Part shown: positions 44,958-52,048 of the stretch, piece by piece
Position numbering within the stretch: the stretch's first letter is position 1
Layout: each line of letters starts with the position of its first letter
Assembly: GCA_965204675.1 (NCBI GenBank)
Contig: OZ242003.1
Span: 3,392,375 to 3,456,374, forward strand
Direction of reading: 5' to 3'
Source: Vicinamibacterales bacterium
Lineage (GTDB): Bacteria; Acidobacteriota; Vicinamibacteria; Vicinamibacterales; UBA8438
DNA length: 64,000 nt
Notes under the pieces: generated by a model
The model's database searches: none
What the model saw: only the letters and a program-made list of their open reading frames with translations
What the model was told of the DNA's origin: nothing
Position numbers and translations under genes: made by a program

Positions 44958-46430
44958 ATGACCCAGTGGGCCGAGGTCCGCCACCTGCATCTGGTGGAGG
45001 GTGTGCCGAAGAAGGAGATCGCCCGGCGATTGAAGCTCGACGTCAAGACGGTGCGGCGGGCCATCGGCCGGTCGACGCCACCGGTGCGGGTGTCGCCGCC
45101 GCGGCCCAGCATCCTGGATCCGTGGCGGGAGCGGATCAGGCAGTGGCTGGGCGAGGAGCCGCGGTTGACGGCGAAGCGGATTCGCCGGCTGCTGTTGCCG
45201 TTGGCCGGACCCGTCCCGGCGCGCACGGTGCGCCGCTACGTCGCGGTGCTGCGGGCAGCCACCACGAGGCAGGAGGCCTTCGTGCACCGTAGCGTGCGCC
45301 CCGGGACCACCCTGGAGGTCGACTTCGGCGAGTCGTGGGTCGACATCGCGGGCGTGCCGTGCAAGGTGAAGTACCTGGTGGCGACGCTGCCGTTCTCCAA
45401 CGCGTACTTCGCCAAGGCGTACCCGGTCGAGCGGCTCGAGTCGCTGCTCGACGGCATCGAGTCGGCGTTCCGCTACTACGGGGGCGTGGTGGAGCGCGTC
45501 ATCCTCGATAACACCTCGCTGGCGGTCAAGGACGTGTTGACCGGTCGGGACCGGGTGCAGACCGAGGCGTTCGAGGCGTTCCGGGGCGGATATCCGTTCC
45601 GGGCCGAGTTCTGCGCGCCGGCCAAAGGCTGGGAGAAGGGTTCCGTCGAGTGCGGTGTGAAATACGTCCGGAACCTGGTGTTCCGGCCGCGGCTCGCGGT
45701 CGAGAGCTGGGCGGCCCTCAACGCGGCGATCATCACCGAGCTGGAGGCCGACCTGCCGACGCGCCAGCTCGAGGATGGGCGCCCGGTCGAGGAAGCGTTG
45801 GCGGAGGAGCGCCGGCGCCTGCGGGCGATGCCCGCCCACCTGCCCACCACCTGCCGCGTCGTCGCGCGGGTGGCCGACAAGTTCGGGCACGTCCGCGTGG
45901 ACCGGGTGACGTACTCGGTGCCGATCCGCCATGCCTACCGGCCGGTGTGGGCGAAGCTGTATCACGACCGGGTAGCGATCGCGGTCGGCGCCGAGGTGGT
46001 CGCCGAGCATCGCCGGGCGTTCGTCCGGGGCGCGAAGGTCCTCGATGCGCTTCACGTGCTGCCGTTGCTCGAGCGCAAGCACCGGGCCGTGGCCGAGGCG
46101 ACGGCTCTCCTCGACTGGCGGCTGGCGCCGGTGTGGCAGCAGGCGCGGGCGGAGCTGGCGAAGCACACCCGCAAGCCCGATCAGGAGTGGGTCCGGATGC
46201 TGCGGTTGATGGAGTCGCACCCGGCCACGGCCGTCGAGCGCGCAGTGAGGACCGCGATCGAGCGCCATTCCCCGCGTCTGGAGACGGTGCGGCTCATCCT
46301 CCGACAGCAGGAGGCCGGCCCGCCGCCGGTGTGCCCGCCGGTCTCGGGCGTGCGTCCGGAGCTGGCGCGGATCGCGGTGCCCGCGCCGAGGCTGTCGGCG
46401 TATGACGCGCTGGTGGAGGGCTCCCGCTGA
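44958..46430 (+). CDS. istA: IS21 transposase IstA
   Basis: HTH segment MTQWAEVRHLHLVEGVPKKEIARRLKLDVKTVRRA, a DDE core (LEVDFGE...ILDNTS...KGWEKGSVE) and a GGAGG RBS. Confidence 0.85.
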   Translation: MTQWAEVRHLHLVEGVPKKEIARRLKLDVKTVRRAIGRSTPPVRVSPPRPSILDPWRERIRQWLGEEPRLTAKRIRRLLLPLAGPVPARTVRRYVAVLRAATTRQEAFVHRSVRPGTTLEVDFGESWVDIAGVPCKVKYLVATLPFSNAYFAKAYPVERLESLLDGIESAFRYYGGVVERVILDNTSLAVKDVLTGRDRVQTEAFEAFRGGYPFRAEFCAPAKGWEKGSVECGVKYVRNLVFRPRLAVESWAALNAAIITELEADLPTRQLEDGRPVEEALAEERRRLRAMPAHLPTTCRVVARVADKFGHVRVDRVTYSVPIRHAYRPVWAKLYHDRVAIAVGAEVVAEHRRAFVRGAKVLDALHVLPLLERKHRAVAEATALLDWRLAPVWQQARAELAKHTRKPDQEWVRMLRLMESHPATAVERAVRTAIERHSPRLETVRLILRQQEAGPPPVCPPVSGVRPELARIAVPAPRLSAYDALVEGSR

Positions 46431-47215
46431 TGGCTGCCACGATCACCGAGCCCCCGCATCTGGCCGCGGACCTGAAGGCGCTGTACCTGTCGACGGTCGC
46501 GTCTCAGTGGCGGCCCCTGGCCGAGCAGGCCGTCCGCCAGCGTCAGGCGCCGGCCGACTACTTGGCGCAGTTGGTGCACTTGGAGGTGACCGCACGGCGG
46601 GAGCGCCGCATCCAACGCCGCATCCAGGACGCCCGCTTCCCGACACTGAAGACGCTGGACGCCTTCTCGTTCGAGGCGCAGCCGGACCTCGACCGCGACG
46701 CGGTCCTGCAGGTTTTCGACTGCCGCTTCGTCGCCGAGGCCGCCAACGTCGTGTTCGTCGGCGGGGTCGGCACGGGGAAGACGCATCTGTCCATCGCCTT
46801 GGGGATGGCCTGCTGTCAGCACGACTACCGGGTGCGGTTCGTGACCGCGGCCGAGCTGGTCACCATGCTCGTCGAGGCGCAGCAGCAGGGCCGGCTGGCC
46901 CGCAAGCTCGCCCAGCTTGCCCGCTACGACGCGGTCCACGTCGACGAGCTGGGGTACGTCCCGCTCGACAAGACCGGCGCCGACCTGCTGTTCGGGTTCA
47001 TCAGCGAGCGGTACGAGCGCCGGAGCCTGGTGGTGACGACGAATCTGCCGTTCGCGCGCTGGTCCGAGGTCTTCCTCGACCCGACGGCGGCCGCCGCGGT
47101 CATCGACCGGGTCGTGCACCACGCGACGGTACTGCAGACCACGGGCGGCAGCTTCAGGCTTCAGGCCGCCAAGCGGAACCGGTCGCCGGGCGCCGGCCGG
47201 CGGGGGGGCCGTTGA
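46430..47215 (+). CDS. istB: IS21 helper ATPase IstB
   Basis: Walker A VFVGGVGTGKTHL, Walker B VHVDELGY, and VVTTNLPFARW. The TGATG overlaps istA. Confidence 0.9.
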   Translation: MAATITEPPHLAADLKALYLSTVASQWRPLAEQAVRQRQAPADYLAQLVHLEVTARRERRIQRRIQDARFPTLKTLDAFSFEAQPDLDRDAVLQVFDCRFVAEAANVVFVGGVGTGKTHLSIALGMACCQHDYRVRFVTAAELVTMLVEAQQQGRLARKLAQLARYDAVHVDELGYVPLDKTGADLLFGFISERYERRSLVVTTNLPFARWSEVFLDPTAAAAVIDRVVHHATVLQTTGGSFRLQAAKRNRSPGAGRRGGR

Positions 47216-47532
47216 TGTCTCCGGGGCGCGCGCCTGCTCGACGGCGACTATCTTGCCGGTCGCCGCGGTGGCGACGGGCCGGTCGCGGGAGCATCCGCGG
47301 ATCGGTTGACACCGCCCGTTTCCCCACCGGGGACGGGTTGGTCACGGATGCGCAGGTCGGCGATTTGCGCGGGAAGCGGACGGCGCCGTCCGCGCTACCC
47401 GCCGAGCGCTCTACACGTACACGGCGACCGACGCGGGCCGGGCGACGGCGGGCCCGCCGTCGCCCGGCGTCGTGAACGTCCGGGCGCCGAGCCGCCCGTC
47501 ACCGGTCCGTTACGTAACGGTGCGGAGTGGTC

Positions 47533-47823
47533 ATGGCCTTGACGAACGCGGAGCGGCAGGCGCGTTACCGAGAGCGGCGGCAGGCCGGCGAGTCCCGGGT
47601 CCGGTACCGCCGGCCGGCGGACCGGCGGTCGCGGCCACAGCGGTGGGACGACGCGGTGCGGTCGCTCCTGGCGCTGCAGGACCAGTACCGGGCGTGGCGG
47701 GACGCGTTGCCGGCATCGCTTGCCGGGTCCGCGACCGCGGAGTTGCTCGAGCAGGTCTGCGAGCTGGACCTGTCGGTGCTGGAGGCCGTCGAGCTGCCCA
47801 GGGGCTTCGGGCGTGACGGCTAG
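47533..47823 (+). CDS. Hypothetical passenger protein inside the IS
   Basis: MALTNAERQARYRERRQAG...PQRWDDAVRSLLALQDQYRAWRDALP...ELPRGFGRD, located between istB and the right IS end. Confidence 0.5.
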   Translation: MALTNAERQARYRERRQAGESRVRYRRPADRRSRPQRWDDAVRSLLALQDQYRAWRDALPASLAGSATAELLEQVCELDLSVLEAVELPRGFGRDG

Positions 47824-48152
47824 ACCGCCGGCGACAGCTTCCCCTTGGTGGCCACGAAGCGGAGCCGGCGCCGGCATCCGGGAAGAACGGAGGCCGTCGA
47901 TGATGCTGACCCGGGCTGTCGGGCCCATCAGCATGACCGTGTGCTCGCCGGCGTCAAGGCGCGTCGCTTCGCTCCGCCCCCGCTTCGCGGGGCTGACGGC
48001 CTTGACGCCGGCTGCGCGCACGGTCCCGGGCGAGCCCGCCGACAGCCCGGGAACGCTCAGACAGGGAGGGCCCAGAATCTGATGCGTTGACGGATACTTG
48101 GGGGTCCCTTTTCACGTGGCCACGGGGGTCCCTTTTTCAGTTGCCATTTCCA

Positions 48153-48238
48153 ATGTGAAAGACCACCTCTTCGAACGAGATGCCCCGCTCCCGCTTCAAC
48201 CGGACGTTCTTGGCCGGATCCCAGTTGAAGCGCCGCAC
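48153..48238 (-). pseudogene. brnT: BrnT-like toxin gene, N-terminal part
   Basis: GTG at 48238. VRRFNWDPAKNVRLKRERGISFEEVVFH runs straight into the IS end. Removing the IS and one TSD copy restores one 93-codon frame. Confidence 0.75.
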
Positions 48239-48363
48239 CGCTACAGTCTAGACGAATGGATGCCTGATGTCATCGCTCAATGGCCGCGCCGCAATCGGTC
48301 ACACGGGGCGCCCATTCCCGGCGGGGTCCCGCTGGAGGGGAGAACCGCGAGGGGTTGATCGTC

Positions 48364-48381
48364 GTGATACAAATGTATTAC
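48364..48381 (+). promoter_or_regulatory. Candidate LexA operator (imperfect palindrome GTGATAC-N4-GTATTAC)
   Basis: This is the only AT-rich palindrome in the 150 nt upstream of lexA. It ends 11 nt before the ATG, and the arms match 6 of 7. Confidence 0.4.
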
Positions 48382-48392
48382 ATTCTCCAGCC

Positions 48393-49001
48393 ATGAGCCA
48401 GACACGGGCGGGGCGGACCCGCGACCGGGTGTTCCGGTTCGTTCGCGACCGGCTGCTCGCCGGCGACCCGCCGACGGTGCGCGAGGTGCAGCAGGTGTTC
48501 GGCTTTCGCACGCCGCACACGGCGCGGTACCACCTGGAGAAGCTCGTGGCCGAGCGGAAGCTGTCGGCGGCCCGCGGCAAGGCCCGGGGCTATCGCCTGC
48601 CGATGGGCGGCGAGCCGGCGGCGCCGGTGGGCTGGGTGCCGCTGCTGGGGCGGGTCGAGGCGGGGCGTCCGGCCGAGGCGGTCGAGGACGTCGAAGGCTA
48701 CGTGCCGGTGCCGGCCGACCGGGCGGGGGCGGGGCTGTTCGCGCTGCGGGTGCAGGGGCGCAGCATGGTGGGGGCGGGCATCCTGCCCGGCGACCTCGTG
48801 ATCGTGCGGCGCCAGCCGACCGCCGACCCGGGGGCGCTGGTGGTGGCCCTGGTCGACGGCGAGGCGACGGTCAAGCGGCTGCGCCGGCGGGACGGCCGGG
48901 TGGAGTTGCACCCGGAGAACCCCGAGTTCGCGCCCATCCGGTCCGACCGGGAGATCACCCTGCTCGGCAAGGTCGTCGAGGTGCGCCGCACCGTAGGTTG
49001 A
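48393..49001 (+). CDS. lexA: LexA repressor
   Basis: N-terminal wHTH (PTVREVQQVFGFRTPHTARYHLEKL). Cleavage and catalytic segments VEAGRP, VQGRSMV, GDLVIV and DGEATVKRL. Confidence 0.9.
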   Translation: MSQTRAGRTRDRVFRFVRDRLLAGDPPTVREVQQVFGFRTPHTARYHLEKLVAERKLSAARGKARGYRLPMGGEPAAPVGWVPLLGRVEAGRPAEAVEDVEGYVPVPADRAGAGLFALRVQGRSMVGAGILPGDLVIVRRQPTADPGALVVALVDGEATVKRLRRRDGRVELHPENPEFAPIRSDREITLLGKVVEVRRTVG

Positions 49002-49013
49002 TGGGAATGCGCG

Positions 49014-49712
49014 ATGGCCCGCGCCGCGCTGAAGCTTCCCCCGCGATTGACGGGGCGCCTGGACGCGACCCTGCGACGGGGTGCGCCTGCCTCTCCGGGG
49101 CCCACCGGCGGGCCGCTCCGGTCGTGGCGTCTGGCCGCCCTCGCCGGGCGCCTCGCCGAGCTGTCGAGCCGGGAGGGCGCGGCGGGGCTGACCCTGGCGT
49201 TCTCGCTGGTGCTCGACGCTCAGCGGGCCGGCGAGCCGGTGGGCTGGCTGACGGCTGACGCGAGCGCCTTCTTTCCCCCCGACGTGGCGCGCGGCGGCGT
49301 CGACCTCGACGCCCTGGTCGTCGTCCGGCTGCCGGCGGTCGGGCAGCTTCCGCGCGCGGCCGAGCACCTGGCGCGCTCGGGCGCCTTCGGCCTCCTCGTG
49401 CTCGACCTCGGCGAGGCCGCCCGGGTGCCGGTCCCGATGCAGATGCGCCTGCTCGGCCTGGCCAGAGAGCACGAGTCGGCGGTGCTGTTCCTGACCCGGA
49501 AGGGGGGCGGTGACGTGTCGCTCGGCTCCCTCGTGTCGCTCAGGGCCGAGGCGCGGCAGGAGCCGGCCGTGCGCCAGGAGGTGGTGGGGGTGGGCGCCCG
49601 CCGCGCCGGGGTCACCGACTTCACGTGCACTGCTCAAGTGCTCAAGGACAAGCGGGGCGGACCCGGGTGGAGTCACGTCGAAGTGTGTCGTGGACCGGAT
49701 GGGCTGTGTTGA
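49014..49712 (+). CDS. imuA: ImuA (RecA/SulA-like SOS mutagenesis protein)
   Basis: Sits between lexA and imuB. LAELS...GLTLAFSLVLDAQRAGEPVGWL...FGLLVLDLGE, with the C-terminus KDKRGGPGW...GPDGL. Confidence 0.75.
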   Translation: MARAALKLPPRLTGRLDATLRRGAPASPGPTGGPLRSWRLAALAGRLAELSSREGAAGLTLAFSLVLDAQRAGEPVGWLTADASAFFPPDVARGGVDLDALVVVRLPAVGQLPRAAEHLARSGAFGLLVLDLGEAARVPVPMQMRLLGLAREHESAVLFLTRKGGGDVSLGSLVSLRAEARQEPAVRQEVVGVGARRAGVTDFTCTAQVLKDKRGGPGWSHVEVCRGPDGLC

Positions 49713-49925
49713 CGGGCCGGCGCTGCCGCGCCCGGGTGTTCAAGACGAGCAGGGCGGACCGGGTGGAGTCACGTCGAGGTGTGTCGTGGACCGGATGGAC
49801 GTGTTGACGTGCCGGCGCTGCCGTGCCCGGGTGCTCGAGGACAAGCGGGGCGGGCCCGGGTGGAGTCACGTCGAGGTGTGTCGTGGACCGGATGGCCTGT
49901 GTTGACGTGCCGGCGCTGCCGCTCC
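49638..49925 (+). repeat. Tandem triplication (~96-97 nt units) of the imuA-stop / imuB-start junction
   Basis: Units begin near 49638, 49736 and 49831. Each contains GGACCGGATGG.CTGTGTTGACG.GCCGGCGCTGCCG, with ATGs at 49699, 49795 and 49892. Confidence 0.9.
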
Positions 49926-51871
49926 AGTTGCTGATGCGCCGGCAGCCCGGGTGGGCGGCGCAGCCGGCGGCGGTGGTCGACCGCGATCGGCCGCAGGGGG
50001 TCGTCGAGTGGGTGAACGAGCCGGCCCGCCGGGCCGGGGTGCTGCCCGGCATGTCGTACGCGGCGGGGCTGTCGCTGGCCGATGGGCTGCGCGCGGCCGA
50101 GGTGTCTCCCGGCGACGTCGAGGCCGGCGTCGCCGCGATCGCCGGCCTGCTGCGGCGGTTCACGCCCGGCGTCGAGCCGTCGCGCGCCCGTTCCGGGGTG
50201 TTCTGGCTCGACGCCTCGGGGCTGCAGCCGCTGTTCGCCTCCCTCGTGGACTGGGCGCGCGGGGTGCGGGTTCAGCTTCGGGCGGTGGGGTTCCGGGCAT
50301 GGGTGGTGGTGGGGTTCACCCGGTTCGGCACCTATGCGCTGGCGCGGGCCGGGGGGGAAGCCGCCCGCCGAAGGCCGGATTCCCGCGTCACGGTGCTCGA
50401 CGACGCCGAGCATGCGCGGGCGCGGGCCGGAGGGGAGGCGGCCCGCCGGGGACCGGACGGTTGCGTGGTTGGCGCGACTCGGGGGCCTGGCCCGCCCATC
50501 GTCGCCTTCGGCTCCGCCGGGCGCCCAACCAACCCTGCCAGGAGTCTGCACCGTTCTACGGCGCAGACTCCTGGCCCGCCCATCGTCGCCTTCGGCTCCG
50601 CTGGGCGCCCAACCAACCCTGCCAGGAGTCTGCACCGTTCTACGGCGCAGACTCCTGGCGCAGGCGAAGCGGTGGAAGCGGATCGTCGGCGGGCGGACGG
50701 CGGGGTAACGGTGCTCGAGGACGCCGCGGCCGAGCGGCGGGCGGCCCGCCGCGTCCCGCTGCGCCGGCTCGACGTCGACCCCGCGCTGCGCGACGCCCTC
50801 GACAAGCTCGGGGTCCGCACCGTGGGGGCGTTCCTGCGGCTGCCGGCCGCCGGCGTCCGGCGGCGTTTCGGCCGCGAGGCGCATCGGCTGCACCGCGAGG
50901 CGGCGGGGGACCTGGTGGTCCCTTTCCAGCCCGCGCCGGCGGTCGAGCCGCTCGCGCGCCGCCTCGATCTCGATGAGCCGGAGACCGGGGTCGAGGGCCT
51001 GCTGTTCCTGGTCAAGCAGGCCCTCGACCCGCTGCTCGGGGTGATGGCGTCGCGGCAGGAGGCGTTGGCCGGCCTCGAGCTCCGCCTGCGGCTGGACGCG
51101 CCGGCCGCGGCGCCGCGGGTCGAGCGGGTCGAGAGCATTCGCCCCGCCGCCCCGACCCTCGACATCCGGCAGGTCCTGAACCTCGTGCGTCTGCGCGTCG
51201 AGGGCCTGGCCCGCCAATCGTCGCCTGACGGCTCCGCTGGGCGCCCGACCGACCCGCCGGGAGCCCGCGCCGTTCCACGGCGCAGACTCCCGACCCTGTC
51301 CGCCGGGGTGATCGAGATCGCCCTGGCGGTGACGCCGGCGCGGGCGACCCGCGAGCAGTTGCGGCTCTTTCAGGAGGGGGGGCGGCGTGACCTCCGGGCC
51401 GCGGACCGCGCGGTGGCCCGCATCAGGGCCGAGTTCGGGGACGGTGCGGTGGTGCGGGCGGCGCTCGCCGACGGGCATCTGCCCGAGGCGGCCTTCGCCT
51501 GGCTGCCGCTGGATCACGTCGTGCGCCCGGTCCCCGCCCCGACCGGCGCCCTCTCGCTGGTGCGGCGTCTCTTCGTCGCGCCGCGCCGGGTGCCGTCCCG
51601 GCGGCGGCGCGAGCTGGACGGCCGGGTGTCGGGCGGCGCCGGCCACGATTCCGCGCCGGCCGCGGCGGACCGGGACGCCCATGGTCCGCCGGCAACGGCT
51701 GCAACCGGCCGGGCCGCCGGAATGCGCGGGCCCTACGTGGTGTCGGGCGGCTGGTGGAGAACTCCGGTCCACCGGGAGTACTACTTCGCCAGCGCCGGCG
51801 GGCGCACTTGGCGGTGGATCTACTACGACCGCCGCCGCCGGGCCTGGTTCGAGCAGGGCGCGGTGGAATGA
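49892..51871 (+). CDS. imuB: ImuB (Y-family polymerase-like SOS mutagenesis protein)
   Basis: MACVDVPALPLQLL..., VVEWVNEPARRAGVLPGM, position in the cassette, and the third-copy ATG. It contains three in-frame repeat-element insertions. Confidence 0.85.
   Translation: MACVDVPALPLQLLMRRQPGWAAQPAAVVDRDRPQGVVEWVNEPARRAGVLPGMSYAAGLSLADGLRAAEVSPGDVEAGVAAIAGLLRRFTPGVEPSRARSGVFWLDASGLQPLFASLVDWARGVRVQLRAVGFRAWVVVGFTRFGTYALARAGGEAARRRPDSRVTVLDDAEHARARAGGEAARRGPDGCVVGATRGPGPPIVAFGSAGRPTNPARSLHRSTAQTPGPPIVAFGSAGRPTNPARSLHRSTAQTPGAGEAVEADRRRADGGVTVLEDAAAERRAARRVPLRRLDVDPALRDALDKLGVRTVGAFLRLPAAGVRRRFGREAHRLHREAAGDLVVPFQPAPAVEPLARRLDLDEPETGVEGLLFLVKQALDPLLGVMASRQEALAGLELRLRLDAPAAAPRVERVESIRPAAPTLDIRQVLNLVRLRVEGLARQSSPDGSAGRPTDPPGARAVPRRRLPTLSAGVIEIALAVTPARATREQLRLFQEGGRRDLRAADRAVARIRAEFGDGAVVRAALADGHLPEAAFAWLPLDHVVRPVPAPTGALSLVRRLFVAPRRVPSRRRRELDGRVSGGAGHDSAPAAADRDAHGPPATAATGRAAGMRGPYVVSGGWWRTPVHREYYFASAGGRTWRWIYYDRRRRAWFEQGAVE
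50486..50653 (+). repeat. Two tandem 84-nt copies of element E, in frame within imuB
   Basis: CCTGGCCCGCCCATCGTCGCCTTCGGCTCCGC.GGGCGCCCAACCAACCCTGCCAGGAGTCTGCACCGTTCTACGGCGCAGACT occurs twice. It encodes PGPPIVAFGSAGRPTNPARSLHRSTAQT twice. The hairpin is GGAGTCTGC-N13-GCAGACTCC. Confidence 0.9.
51205..51290 (+). repeat. Third, diverged copy of element E in imuB
   Basis: CCTGGCCCGCCAATCGTCGCCTGACGGCTCCGCTGGGCGCCCGACCGACCCGCCGGGAGCCCGCGCCGTTCCACGGCGCAGACTCC, translated as LARQSSPDGSAGRPTDPPGARAVPRRRLP. Confidence 0.8.
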
Positions 51872-52045
51872 AACCGCGGCGGAACGAGCCGATCAGGATC
51901 TGCCATGGCCGCGCTGCCGGGGCTGGTCGAGCAGGGCGCGGTGGAATGAAACCGCGGTGGAACGAGCCGCGGTGATGCCGAGCCGCGGTGGTGGAACGAG
52001 CTGCGGCGGAACCGCGGTGGAAAACGAGCCGGGTGGAAGCGGGCC
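51844..52045 (+). repeat. 78-nt tandem duplication of the imuB stop junction plus ~5 copies of a CCGCGGTGGAACGAGC motif upstream of dnaE2
   Basis: GAGCAGGGCGCGGTGGAATGAAACCGCGG.GGAACGAGCC occurs at 51851 and 51929. Motif copies lie near 51873, 51952, 51983 and 52012. Confidence 0.85.
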
Positions 52046-52048
52046 GAG

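Larger units (their letters stand above)
44811..48152 (+). mobile_element. Complete IS21-family insertion sequence (3342 bp) with passenger ORF
   Basis: - Terminal inverted repeats: TGGTAGCGGCAACATGAAAAGGGACCCC and TGGAAATGGCAACTGAAAAAGGGACCCC (reverse complement of the right end).
- Two TGAAAAGGGACCCC-type repeats at each end.
- 7-bp target duplication ATGTGAA at 44804-44810 and 48153-48159.
- istA and istB lie inside. Confidence 0.9.

Noticed and set aside
49638-52045. Tandem repeats as a possible CRISPR array
   Set aside because: The units abut directly, with no unique spacers. Unit lengths (78-97 nt) and their coding content do not fit CRISPR, and there are no cas genes.
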